This document shows, one piece after another, positions 1 through 9,583 of a stretch of DNA of 64,000 nt. Source of the DNA: Candidatus Sulfomarinibacteraceae bacterium (GTDB lineage Bacteria > Acidobacteriota > Thermoanaerobaculia > Thermoanaerobaculales > Sulfomarinibacteraceae); the NCBI GenBank assembly GCA_963796455.1, contig CAWCLO010000004.1, positions 736,001 through 800,000 on the forward strand, in the 5' to 3' direction. Both the position numbers and the translations under genes were made by a program. The notes under the pieces are model-generated. The model had not been told where the DNA came from, searched no databases, and saw only the letters and a list, made by a program, of their open reading frames with translations. How positions within the stretch are numbered: position 1 is the stretch's first letter; every line of letters begins with the position of its first letter.

Positions 1-1
1 G

Positions 2-949
2 ACTTCGGTCAATATCTTCAAAGCGCTGAGCGCTGCCCTGAAACTCCGCCCCGGACGTCCGGTCATCCTCTCCGAACGGGAAAATTTCGGTACGGATCTC
101 TATGTTGCCGATGGTCTGGCGAAGCTCCTCGGAGATCGTGCGACTCTGCGTTTGGTGGAAAGGTCGGCGCTCGGTTCAGCCCTCGATGACGATGTCGCAG
201 TGCTGATGCTGACCCACGTTGATTTCCGAACCGGAATGATGCACGACATGCAGCGATGGACAGCCGCCGCGCACCAGGCGGGAGCTTTGATGTTGTGGGA
301 TCTGGCCCATTCCGCCGGGGCGATGGAAATCGACCTCAGAACTCACATGGTCGATCTGGCGGTTGGTTGTGGCTACAAATACCTCAATGGAGGACCGGGC
401 GCACCGGCCTTCGTTTTTGCCGCGGAACGCCATCACGACGACCTCGAGACACCCTTGTGGGGGTGGATGGGCCATGCCGCGCCCTTCGATTTCGACACCG
501 GTTACGAACCTGCTCCAGGCATCGCACGGTGCCAGGTCGGGACACCGCCGATACTGTCGCTGGCGGCGCTGGAGTGCGGCGTCGAAAGCATTGCTGAGAT
601 CGGGGTCGGCCGTCTGCGCAAAAAATCGATCGCGCTGAGCGAGATTTTTTTGACGCTCGTCGAACGGGAATGTGCGGGATCTGGTCTCGAGCTTGCCTCA
701 CCCCGCGAGGCCGCGCGGCGGGGCAGCCAGGTTTCTTTTCGCCACGCCGAGGGTTATGCGATGGTGCAGGCGCTGATGGCGGCCGGAGTGATTGGCGACT
801 ATCGCGCTCCCGATCTTCTCCGTTTCGGTTTCGCACCGGCCTACCTGCGCTTTGTCGATATCTGGGATGCGGTCGCGGCTTTGCGCTCGATTCTCGAGAA
901 TCGGAGTTGGGAACGGCCCGAATACCGGACACGCGCCAGGGTGACCTGA
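2..949 (+). CDS. kynU: Kynureninase, 5'-truncated by the window edge
   Basis: Frame open from base 2 (TSVNIFKAL...ENFGTDLY). Motifs WDLAHSAGA, GCGYKYLNGGPG, GWMGHAAPF, RGSQVS and GDYRAPDLLRFGF are typical of kynureninase. Confidence 0.93.
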   Translation, partial: TSVNIFKALSAALKLRPGRPVILSERENFGTDLYVADGLAKLLGDRATLRLVERSALGSALDDDVAVLMLTHVDFRTGMMHDMQRWTAAAHQAGALMLWDLAHSAGAMEIDLRTHMVDLAVGCGYKYLNGGPGAPAFVFAAERHHDDLETPLWGWMGHAAPFDFDTGYEPAPGIARCQVGTPPILSLAALECGVESIAEIGVGRLRKKSIALSEIFLTLVERECAGSGLELASPREAARRGSQVSFRHAEGYAMVQALMAAGVIGDYRAPDLLRFGFAPAYLRFVDIWDAVAALRSILENRSWERPEYRTRARVT

Positions 950-960
950 AGGAGGAGTTC

Positions 961-1851
961 GTGTGGAGATCCTTGTTTTTGATCGCGTTGATCGTTACCG
1001 GTTGTGGTGAACCGATGAGCGACGAACCAGGTCTGATGACCGCGTCGGACGCGCTCGCCCTCCACCGGCCCGACCCCGATCACATCATCGCCTACGGCGA
1101 CGGCCCTTTGCAGTTCGGCGAGCTCAGGTTGCCCAATGGCGACGGGCCCTTCCCGGTCGTGATGGTGATCCACGGAGGGTGCTGGTTGGCCGAATACGAT
1201 TGCGGCCATATCTCGGCACTTGCCGAAGCACTGACCAACGACGGAGTGGCGACCTGGAGCGTTGAATACCGTCGGATCGGTGACGACGGGGGAGGGTGGC
1301 CAGGGACCTTCGCCGATGTGGGTCGGGCCGCCGATCATCTGCGTGAATTGGTTTTCGACTATGAGCTCGATCTCGACCGCTCGGTCGTTCTCGGTCATTC
1401 GGCGGGCGGCCACCTGGCGTTGTGGCTTGCTGGACGCAAGTGGCTGGAGGGCGACGACGAGTTGCGAGGTGAGGCGCCGCAGGCATTTAACGGCGTCATC
1501 GCCCTGGCGGGCATCTCCGATCTAGCGGCCTACGCCTCGCCGGAGGGTTGTGGATCCTCGGTCAAAGGACTTTTGGGTGGTTCTCCAGTCGCTTTCCCGG
1601 ATCGCATCAGCAGGAGCTCGCCGATCGAAATGGTGCCATTCGGCATCGAACAGATCCTGATTGTGGGTGAGCTCGATCCCATTGTGCCCCTCGAACAGGC
1701 GGAGCGATTTGCCGCCGCGGCCCTTCCGATGGGGGATGCGGTGGATATCCGGGTGGTGGCGGGAGCCGGCCATTTCGAGCTGATCGACCCTTCAGCCGAC
1801 GCCTTTGAGGTGGTCCGTACCGCCGTCTCCGACATTCTGGGCCGGAGGTAG
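961..1851 (+). CDS. Alpha/beta hydrolase (HGGxW / GHSAG esterase-lipase type), probable lipoprotein
   Basis: GTG at 961 after a GGAGGAG RBS; lipobox-like LIVTGC; HGGCW, VEYRR, GHSAGGHLA nucleophile elbow, D...GHF triad residues. Confidence 0.85.
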   Translation: MWRSLFLIALIVTGCGEPMSDEPGLMTASDALALHRPDPDHIIAYGDGPLQFGELRLPNGDGPFPVVMVIHGGCWLAEYDCGHISALAEALTNDGVATWSVEYRRIGDDGGGWPGTFADVGRAADHLRELVFDYELDLDRSVVLGHSAGGHLALWLAGRKWLEGDDELRGEAPQAFNGVIALAGISDLAAYASPEGCGSSVKGLLGGSPVAFPDRISRSSPIEMVPFGIEQILIVGELDPIVPLEQAERFAAAALPMGDAVDIRVVAGAGHFELIDPSADAFEVVRTAVSDILGRR

Positions 1852-1871
1852 CGCGGTCTCGCCGCGGACGG

Positions 1872-2150
1872 TCAGTCCAACCCGACCGAAAAAACCCGAT
1901 CGAGGTCATGGCGGGAATAGGTGCGAAAGGCGATCAGGGTTTCCGAGGACAGTAGACCTTCGATCTGCAGCAACTTGTCGGTCACCAGTGAGGCGATCTG
2001 CTCGTCGTCGCGGGCACGAATGACCACGACGAGGTCGTATTGACCCGCCACCGAGTAGACCTCGGAGACGCCATCGAGCGCCGCCAACTCTTCCGCTACC
2101 CGGTTGATTTCTTTACTCTCGACGTTGAGCAGAACGATTGCGTTGACCAT
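1872..2150 (-). CDS. Lrp/AsnC ligand-binding (stand-alone RAM) domain protein
   Basis: 92 aa; GVSEVYSVAGQYDLV and SETLIAFRTYSRHDL are typical of stand-alone AsnC C-terminal domain proteins. Confidence 0.85.
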   Translation of the reverse strand: MVNAIVLLNVESKEINRVAEELAALDGVSEVYSVAGQYDLVVVIRARDDEQIASLVTDKLLQIEGLLSSETLIAFRTYSRHDLDRVFSVGLD

Positions 2151-2236
2151 AATTCCTCCAAGCGGTATCGCGCACCCGGTGGGTCATCATACCGCGCTCG
2201 GTTTAGCCTATGATGATCAGCGCTGGAGGGACCACG

Positions 2237-4627
2237 ATGATGAGAATCAGCGGATTGGTGCTGGCAGTCATTCTTGCAGCGTTGCCGGCGCCCGCCGACG
2301 AAAAGGACGGGGTCAACCGCGGCGCTACCGAAACGAGCCCTTCCAGATCCGAATACTTCTCCTGGATCAACAACACCAACGAAGGTGCGACCGAGGGCCA
2401 GACCATCACCAATCTGAGCTTCTTTCGTTGGTTGCATGACGCCTTCGGGTTCAAGCTCGACATCTACGCCTTTGACGCCGGGGCTATCGATGGCAAAAGG
2501 TTCTACGGAACCGTCGGTTCGAAGCGATTCCTCAAGCAGTTCCCCAATGGTTTTCAATCGATCGCAGAATTCGCCGGCGAAACGGGAACCCGCCTCGGCG
2601 TCTGGGGTGGTCCGGATGGATTCGGTGACAGCCCAGCCGACGAAGCGGCGCGCATCGAGCAGATGGTGAGCCTCTGCAGAGACCTCGATTTTGCGCTCTT
2701 CAAGTTCGACGCCGTCTGCGGTCCGCTGCGGCCCGAAAAAGAAGACGCTTTCATCCGCATGATGACGGAGTGCCGCCGCCACAGCCCGGATCTCATTCTT
2801 CTCAACCACCGTCTCGGATTGGAGCGCGCCCAGTCCCAGGCGACGACCTTTCTCTGGGAGGGTCGTGAGACCTATATCGATGTGTTTTCCAGCAACCGGG
2901 TGACTGCCCCACATCATCGCGCGGATGCATTGAGTCGGGGTGTCGTGCCGGGTCTGAAGCGCTTGACCGAAGATCACGGCGTCTGTATCTCCTCGAGCCT
3001 CGATCGTTGGGACGACGATCTGATTCTTCAGGCCTTCAACCGATCGCTGATTCTGTCGCCACAGATCTATGGCAATCCCTGGCTGCTGCGTGACGACGAG
3101 TTTCCAAAGTTGGCCCGGATCTTCAATCTCCATCGCACCTATCGGAACCAGCTGATTCACGGAATGGTCCTTCCCGAGGAGGACTTCGGCCCGGCGGCGG
3201 TGTCGCGTGGAGATGGATCGACGAGGTTCGTCACCCTTCGTAATCTCACCTGGATGCCAGTCAGTTATGTGCTTCCCCTGGACGAATCCATCGGTCTCGA
3301 AACAAGGGGCCCGTTCACCGTGCGGCGATTTCATCCCGGCGAAAGAATCTATGGCCGCTTTCGCAGAGGTGAGTCGGTGACGGTCGAGGTGCCGCCCTTT
3401 CGTTCGTCTTTGGTGATGGTTTCGGCTTCCGGAGGGGGCGGCCCGGGGGTCTCGGGTGTGGATTTTGAAGTGATTCGCAGCATCCCTTCAAAGCCTCTCG
3501 AAATCCTCCTTGTCGGGTCGCCGGATGACGAAGTGCTGGTCAGGTTCGAGCCTGACGGACATCGGTTTTCCCAGGCCACGATCGATGGAGTACAGGCTCC
3601 GACTCTTTTGAGCGGGGCTGGGGTCCAGATACGTTTTCCCGGAATAGGCACCGGTGATTCGAAGCACCTTCGGCTCGCGGAATTGGAACAGGTCGAATTG
3701 CCCGAAGACGCCGAGGCCCTTTACGAGGCGACGATATTTGCGGCTGACAACGATGCTCTGGAAGTTCGATCGCTCCGCCGATCGGGGCCGACATTCATTC
3801 CGGAAGTGCAGGCCGCTCGAGATGCATTCTTCTCCCAGTCGGTCTTTTCAGAGCGCGGGATCTGGGACCGCAATCTCTTCGATGGTGATTTTGAGACCGG
3901 ATTCTGGCCGTCCAGAAAGTATTCGGTGGACCAGAAGGTCGAGGGAGGGTGTTTCCGTCTCGATCTCGGGGAGGTGCTTGAAGACGGCACCATCGTCCTC
4001 CATACACCGGACGAGTACTCGCTCCAACCGCTGCTTCGTGACGAGGCGAATTGGGTCGAGGTCTCCGCCGATCTTCGCGAATGGCGGCGACTGCGATACA
4101 TGGCGGGGCTGCAAATGACGATTACAATTGATGAACCGGTGCGGTTTCTGAGGTTCCCGGTCGCTGCCGACCGGCTGACCGAAATTGTCGGGGAGGTCGA
4201 CGGGCAGTCGATGGATCGGTCTCGTTGGCGGGCATCCAATCTTTTTGCCCACCCGTCGAAAATGAAGGCACTCGCGGCATGGCACGCCAGGATACGGGTT
4301 GACGAGGCCCCGCCCGGCGGCAAGCTGGCGGTGGCGATCGAAGGCATCCACGGGGTTGAAGGGGCCTATGCGGCCCTCAAAGTGGGGGATCGCTACGTCG
4401 GCGCGCCCGATCGGGCGGCGGCTTATCCTTCCAATACCTGGGAGTATGTCAACGCTCGCCGCGATCGCGGCTATACCTACTATTTCCCGATCACGGATGA
4501 TCTTTTAGGCCAGCCTCTCGACGTCTTTGTCCTGGCTTTCGACCCGGACAATGTGGAGCTCGCCCCTGTGGTCTGGCAAACTACCGATCCGGTCGCGGCC
4601 ACAGGCCTGACCCTGATACTCGAATGA
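2237..4627 (+). CDS. Large secreted hypothetical protein, possibly glycoside-hydrolase-like
   Basis: ~795 aa ORF; GGAGG RBS before MMRISG; signal peptide; N-terminal alpha/beta region with YFSW and FKFD, beta-rich C-terminus. Confidence 0.7.
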   Translation: MMRISGLVLAVILAALPAPADEKDGVNRGATETSPSRSEYFSWINNTNEGATEGQTITNLSFFRWLHDAFGFKLDIYAFDAGAIDGKRFYGTVGSKRFLKQFPNGFQSIAEFAGETGTRLGVWGGPDGFGDSPADEAARIEQMVSLCRDLDFALFKFDAVCGPLRPEKEDAFIRMMTECRRHSPDLILLNHRLGLERAQSQATTFLWEGRETYIDVFSSNRVTAPHHRADALSRGVVPGLKRLTEDHGVCISSSLDRWDDDLILQAFNRSLILSPQIYGNPWLLRDDEFPKLARIFNLHRTYRNQLIHGMVLPEEDFGPAAVSRGDGSTRFVTLRNLTWMPVSYVLPLDESIGLETRGPFTVRRFHPGERIYGRFRRGESVTVEVPPFRSSLVMVSASGGGGPGVSGVDFEVIRSIPSKPLEILLVGSPDDEVLVRFEPDGHRFSQATIDGVQAPTLLSGAGVQIRFPGIGTGDSKHLRLAELEQVELPEDAEALYEATIFAADNDALEVRSLRRSGPTFIPEVQAARDAFFSQSVFSERGIWDRNLFDGDFETGFWPSRKYSVDQKVEGGCFRLDLGEVLEDGTIVLHTPDEYSLQPLLRDEANWVEVSADLREWRRLRYMAGLQMTITIDEPVRFLRFPVAADRLTEIVGEVDGQSMDRSRWRASNLFAHPSKMKALAAWHARIRVDEAPPGGKLAVAIEGIHGVEGAYAALKVGDRYVGAPDRAAAYPSNTWEYVNARRDRGYTYYFPITDDLLGQPLDVFVLAFDPDNVELAPVVWQTTDPVAATGLTLILE

Positions 4628-4657
4628 GATTCGGATTTCATGGAGAGACGGTTTTGA

Positions 4658-5857
4658 ATGGCTGAAATTCCATCACCAAATTCCTTCGCCGATCACTGGA
4701 TGCTCGACCAGACGGTTGTATTCCTCAATCACGGTTCTTTTGGTGCCGCTCCTCGGGTCGTATTGGAAGCTCAGAGCGAGCTGCGCAGACTGATGGAGAC
4801 CGAGCCGCTCCAGTTCTTCGATCATTTCTATCTTCCGGCTCTCGATCAGGCGCGCGACGAGTTGGCCGAATTCATCGGCGCGCAATCATCGGATCTGGCT
4901 CTGGTCGTCAACGCTACAACGGGCGTCAACACGGTCTTGCGAAGCCTCGATCTCGAGGCGGGCGACGAGCTGCTGGTGACCGATCAGGAGTACAACGCGT
5001 GTCGGAACGCGCTGAACGCTGTGGCGGCTGCCGCCGGTGCGAAGGTAGTGGTGGCGACGGTGCCTTTCCCGATCGCCTCCGAAGACGAGATCGTTGAGGC
5101 GGTCATCGATCGCATGGGGCCCCACACCCGGCTGGTCCTGGTGGATCATGTCACCAGCCAGACCGGGATGGTGCTGCCGATTCAGCGACTCGTGGACGAG
5201 GTCCAGGCAAGTGGTGCGGATGTTCTGGTCGATGGCGCGCACGCTCCGGGCATGGTTGAACTCGAACTCGATCGCCTCGGAGCGGCCTATTACACGGGCA
5301 ATTGCCACAAATGGCTGTGTGCGCCGAAGGGTGCGGCGTTTCTTCACGTTCGTGAGGATCGCCGCCGGAGTGTGCGCCCCCTGACCATTAGCCACGGTGC
5401 GAACGCGGCAGCCTCGCAACGATCTCGTTTTCATCTCGAACACGATTGGACGGGCACCCGCGATCCGAGCGCCTGGATGTGCATCCCAGCCGCAATTGCT
5501 GCGATGGAATCGATGGTCGAGGGGGGATGGAATTCGATTCGGCATCGCAACCGGCTGCTCGCAATCGAAGCCCGGAAGATTGTCTGCGAAATGCTTGGCG
5601 TCGAGATTCCGTGTCCGGAATCATTGATCGGGAGCCTCGCATCGATTCCTTTGCCGGATGGGGAGGGTGCTGCCGTCAATGAGTTGTTTCCGTTTGACGA
5701 GCTTCAGATTCGTCTCTTCGAAGAATTTCGAATCGAGATCCCGGTGATCGCGTGGCCCGCCCCTCCGAAGCGTCTGGTGCGGCTTTCTGCTCAGATCTAC
5801 AATCGACGCGAGCACTATGAATACCTTGGATCGGCCCTCGTGACGATGCTCCGTTGA
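4658..5857 (+). CDS. Class V PLP aminotransferase (isopenicillin N epimerase / cysteine-sulfoxide lyase-like)
   Basis: FLNHGSFGA, NATTGVN, DHVTS, VDGAHAPG, GNCHKWLCAPKG, RLSAQIYN. Confidence 0.9.
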   Translation: MAEIPSPNSFADHWMLDQTVVFLNHGSFGAAPRVVLEAQSELRRLMETEPLQFFDHFYLPALDQARDELAEFIGAQSSDLALVVNATTGVNTVLRSLDLEAGDELLVTDQEYNACRNALNAVAAAAGAKVVVATVPFPIASEDEIVEAVIDRMGPHTRLVLVDHVTSQTGMVLPIQRLVDEVQASGADVLVDGAHAPGMVELELDRLGAAYYTGNCHKWLCAPKGAAFLHVREDRRRSVRPLTISHGANAAASQRSRFHLEHDWTGTRDPSAWMCIPAAIAAMESMVEGGWNSIRHRNRLLAIEARKIVCEMLGVEIPCPESLIGSLASIPLPDGEGAAVNELFPFDELQIRLFEEFRIEIPVIAWPAPPKRLVRLSAQIYNRREHYEYLGSALVTMLR

Positions 5858-5985
5858 GGGACCGGGCGGTTTTCAAAAAAATTCAGATCCCGGGAATCGT
5901 TCGATGGGTGTGACGGTTCCTTTCTGTGAGAGTTGCGATTGTGACTCGATCAGAACAACCATCAAATCAAACGAGGAGGAACGAG

Positions 5986-6684
5986 ATGCCGTTCGAATTG
6001 CCCAAGCTGCCTTATGACATCAACGCCCTGGAGCCCCACATCGATGCCAAGACGATGGGTATCCACCATGGAAAGCACCACCAGGCCTATGTGAACAATC
6101 TCAATGCGGCCCTTGAGGGACACCAAGATCTGCAGGCCAAGAGTGCTCTCGAGTTGGTCGCCGATCTGGATTCAGTTCCGGAGTCGATCCGTGGCGCCGT
6201 TCGCAACCACGGTGGCGGCCATGTCAACCACACCCTGTTCTGGACGGTCATGAGCCCCAATGGCGGTGGTGCACCCTCCGGCGGCTTGGCCGACAGTATC
6301 AACGAATCTTTTGGTTCTTTCGACGCCTTTAAGGCGGAGTTCTCCAAGGCCGCAGCGACAGTCTTCGGCAGCGGCTGGGCGTGGCTTTGCGTCGGCGGCG
6401 ACGGCAAGCTCTTCGTGACCAAGTCAGCGAACCAGGACAATCCGATATCCGACGGTTCGGGGATCCCGATCCTCGGTCTGGACGTCTGGGAGCACGCCTA
6501 TTACCTTGAATACCAGAATCGGCGACCGGACTACATCGAGGCCTGGTGGAACGTCGTGAACTGGAATCGCGTGGCGGGTTATTACACCACGATCAAGGTC
6601 GGCGAAAAGGTGCAGAGCGTCGCCGATTGGGCTGGTTCGCAATGGGACAAGTTCGAGGATGCGCTGCGCAAACTGACCGACTGA
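5986..6684 (+). CDS. sodA: Superoxide dismutase, probably Mn-type, with a C-terminal extension
   Basis: [48 protein letters not shown] and QD residues favour Mn. Confidence 0.93.
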   Translation: MPFELPKLPYDINALEPHIDAKTMGIHHGKHHQAYVNNLNAALEGHQDLQAKSALELVADLDSVPESIRGAVRNHGGGHVNHTLFWTVMSPNGGGAPSGGLADSINESFGSFDAFKAEFSKAAATVFGSGWAWLCVGGDGKLFVTKSANQDNPISDGSGIPILGLDVWEHAYYLEYQNRRPDYIEAWWNVVNWNRVAGYYTTIKVGEKVQSVADWAGSQWDKFEDALRKLTD

Positions 6685-6725
6685 CCACAAAAAAGACAAA
6701 TGGGCTTCGGCTCATTGCATTGGAT

Positions 6726-6755
6726 CGCCCCCTGTGCAAACGGGGGGCGTTTTTT
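6726..6755 (+). terminator. Intrinsic terminator after sod
   Basis: CGCCCCCTG-tgcaaa-CGGGGGGCG followed by T6. Confidence 0.8.
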
Positions 6756-6856
6756 ATGTTGACCGAATGATGAGCCGATATCCATGACGATTCGGCTTGA
6801 ACCAGGTATGATGTGCGGCGGAACGATGCAACAAAAAAGCTTTGGAGGAGGAGCGA

Positions 6857-7174
6857 ATGGAAAATATGGGTAAATGGGCCTTCATCGTCGGATTTGTGAT
6901 TTGTGTGGTCGCCGGTCTACTGCTTGTCCAACCCTGGATGTTCTGGGTGTTGGCCGTGCTCGGTCTGATTGTCGGTTTCATGAACATCACGGGTGAAGAG
7001 ACGAAAACCTTCCTGCTTGCCGCCATCGGCCTGATGTTGTCGGCCTCGTCGGTCATGGCCATCCCAGTCATCGGCGCCGCGGTGACGGATGTTGTGGCAA
7101 ATGTCGTCGCATTCATTTCGGCGGCCGTGCTGGTCGTGGCGCTGAAATCTCTGTTCGAGGTCGCCAAAGACTGA
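6857..7174 (+). CDS. Small membrane protein with about 4 TM helices, unknown function
   Basis: GGAGGAGGAG RBS; ATG at 6857; almost entirely hydrophobic 105 aa; downstream terminator. Confidence 0.8.
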   Translation: MENMGKWAFIVGFVICVVAGLLLVQPWMFWVLAVLGLIVGFMNITGEETKTFLLAAIGLMLSASSVMAIPVIGAAVTDVVANVVAFISAAVLVVALKSLFEVAKD

Positions 7175-7201
7175 CGCCCGTCCGCGATCGAACAAAGAAT
7201 C

Positions 7202-7251
7202 AAAAAAACGCCCCCGGATCGCCATGTGGCGAGCTGGGGGCTCTTTTTTTT
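7202..7251. terminator. Bidirectional intrinsic terminator
   Basis: A7, GC stem (GCCCCC...GGGGGC), T-run; lies between convergent ORFs. Confidence 0.75.
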
Positions 7252-7265
7252 GACGGTTCCTTTTC

Positions 7266-7380
7266 TTAAAAGGTCCAGGTGGCGCCGATCATGTAGGAGT
7301 AGACCTCGTCGGCATCCTGGATCTCATATCCAACAATCTCCTTTCCGAGAGAACGATTGATTTGTTCATTGTACGAATCG
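7266..7380 (-). pseudogene. Possible 3' remnant of an outer-membrane beta-barrel gene
   Basis: Translates ...YEIQDADEVYSYMIGATWTF*, with an alternating aromatic terminal strand ending in F; abuts the terminator; no credible start. Confidence 0.4.
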
Positions 7381-7434
7381 GCCGGAGAGGAGTTGCAGTT
7401 GAATCCCGCCACGAACGCCCGATATGATGCGCCG

Positions 7435-8421
7435 ATGATAACTGAAGACGCCATCGTCCAGGTCAGCCGGCGGATTGCTCCTCACATCGACCTGACGCCG
7501 TGTCAGCCATCCCCTTCACTCTCTGAGGCGACCGGTGGGCCGGTCTTCCTCAAGCTCGAAAACCGTCAGGTGAGTGGGTCATTCAAAATCCGCGGTGTGC
7601 TCAACAAGATCTTGTCGCTTCCGTCCGACGATGAAGCAAAGGCACTCGTGGCGGCGTCGACAGGAAACCACGGAGCGGCCTTCGTTCATGCGGTCGAGCG
7701 GTTTGGCCGTGAGGGCATGCTTTTCATGCCGAAAACCGCCACCGGTGTCAAGGTGGATCCGCTGCGCAAATCAGGCATCCCCCTCGTGATGTCGGGTGAC
7801 GATTGTGTGGACGCCGAAATGGCGGCCGCGGCCCACGCGCGCAGCACCGGCGCGGTGTGGATCTCACCGTACAACGACCCCGATGTGGTCGCCGGTCAGG
7901 GAACCATCGGCGTCGAGCTCATGGAGCAGATGGAGACGATCGACGCGGTCATCGTCCCGGTGGGTGGTGGCGGACTGATATCGGGTATCGCCGCTTATCT
8001 GAAGGCCGTCAATCCGTCGATCACAGTGATTGCCTGCCAGCCTCTGAATTCGTGTGTGATGTGCCGATCGGTGGAGGCGGGCCGGGTTGTCGAGATGACG
8101 AGCCTGCCGACCCTCTCCGATGCAACTGCGGGCGGCATCGAAGCCGGGTCGATGACATTCGATTTTTGCCGTGATCTGGTCGACGATTTCGTCCTGCTCA
8201 CCGAGTCCGAAATTCTCACCGCGATCTTTCATCTTCGCGACAGGGAGAATGAGATCGTCGAGGGCGGCGCCGCGATGCCTGTGGCGGCGGTATTGCGCGA
8301 GCCGGAACGGTATTTCGGTCAGCGGGTGGCGCTCGTGATCAGCGGCGGGCGGATCGATCCTGAAGTGTTCGACCGCATTGATGACACACACCCGCACGCG
8401 TCGAACGAGGAGCAATCATGA
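7435..8421 (+). CDS. PLP-dependent threonine/serine dehydratase family (fold type II)
   Basis: FLKLENRQVSGSFKIRG, ASTGNHG, SPYND, GQGTIG, PVGGGGLISG. Confidence 0.9.
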   Translation: MITEDAIVQVSRRIAPHIDLTPCQPSPSLSEATGGPVFLKLENRQVSGSFKIRGVLNKILSLPSDDEAKALVAASTGNHGAAFVHAVERFGREGMLFMPKTATGVKVDPLRKSGIPLVMSGDDCVDAEMAAAAHARSTGAVWISPYNDPDVVAGQGTIGVELMEQMETIDAVIVPVGGGGLISGIAAYLKAVNPSITVIACQPLNSCVMCRSVEAGRVVEMTSLPTLSDATAGGIEAGSMTFDFCRDLVDDFVLLTESEILTAIFHLRDRENEIVEGGAAMPVAAVLREPERYFGQRVALVISGGRIDPEVFDRIDDTHPHASNEEQS

Positions 8422-9545
8422 AGATCCCGATTTTCGATCTCGAGAGAGTGCAATCTCTGTATGAGAATACCGTCGAATTCAATCTCACGGAAAGCGGTTT
8501 CCACCCATTGCGGCTCGACGAGATTCTGAGTCCGGATGAGCTCCGGGGCCTGTTGGAGATGCCCCTCGGCTATGGTCAGACCAACGGGTCGATTCCGACC
8601 CGGGAGGCGATTGCGCGTCTTTATGATGGCCAGAACGCCTCCAATGTCCTGGTCACCAACGGATCTTCCGAGGCCAATTTCGTGGCCTGCCACACCCTGC
8701 TCGAAGCCGGTGACGAAGTGGTGATGATGGTCCCCAATTACATGCAGATATGGGGAATCGTCGAGGAAATGGGGGCGAAGCCCCGCGCATTTCACCTCCG
8801 CGAAGAAAACGCCTGGGCCCCGGATCTCGATGAACTGCAACGCCTCGTCGGCCCGAAGACCAGGATGATCGCAGTCTGTAATCCGAACAACCCGACGGGA
8901 TATGCCCTGACCCCAGATGAGATGGACGCGATTGCCTCGATTGCCGATGGGGTGGGGGCATGGGTTTACGCCGACGAGGTATATCGCGGTGCCGAACTCG
9001 ACGATGTGGAGCGCCCGAGTTTTGTCGGTCGGGCCGAAAAGGTGATGGTCAACGGGGGGTTGTCCAAGGCTTACGCATTGCCGGGTCTGAGGCTCGGATG
9101 GTTGGTGGGCCCTGCGGATGTGATCACTGATACGTGGGCATACCATGATTACACGTCGATCGCCGCCGGGCTTCTTTCAAACCGGGTGGCGGAGATCGCT
9201 CTCGCTCCCTCGAACCGCAGGAAGATCCTCCATCGCAACCGTTCCATGCTGCGCCGCAACCTCGCCGTCATGAGCGATTGGCTCGGCCAGTGGGGAGACC
9301 GCTGTCACTTCGTCCCGCCGCAGGCCGGAGGGATGGCTTTTGTTCGCTACGATTTCGACATCAACTCGACCGAGCTGGCCGATTGGTTGCGAACCGACAA
9401 GAGTGTTTTCATTCTGGCCGGCGACTGCTATGGGATGGACCGCTTTTTCAGGATCGGAATCGGCGCCGATACCGCCTACCTCGAGGCCGGGCTGCAGCGG
9501 GTGGGAGATGCTCTGTCCGAGAGATTCTCCTCGTCTTCGGTCTGA
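8418..9545 (+). CDS. Class I/II PLP aminotransferase
   Basis: ATGA overlap with the upstream gene; VTNGSSEA, CNPNNPTG, ADEVYRG, GLSKAYALPGLRLGW. Confidence 0.9.
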   Translation: MKIPIFDLERVQSLYENTVEFNLTESGFHPLRLDEILSPDELRGLLEMPLGYGQTNGSIPTREAIARLYDGQNASNVLVTNGSSEANFVACHTLLEAGDEVVMMVPNYMQIWGIVEEMGAKPRAFHLREENAWAPDLDELQRLVGPKTRMIAVCNPNNPTGYALTPDEMDAIASIADGVGAWVYADEVYRGAELDDVERPSFVGRAEKVMVNGGLSKAYALPGLRLGWLVGPADVITDTWAYHDYTSIAAGLLSNRVAEIALAPSNRRKILHRNRSMLRRNLAVMSDWLGQWGDRCHFVPPQAGGMAFVRYDFDINSTELADWLRTDKSVFILAGDCYGMDRFFRIGIGADTAYLEAGLQRVGDALSERFSSSSV

Positions 9546-9583
9546 GCGAAGGACTCCGCTCGACCGTCAACAAGCGGACGAAG

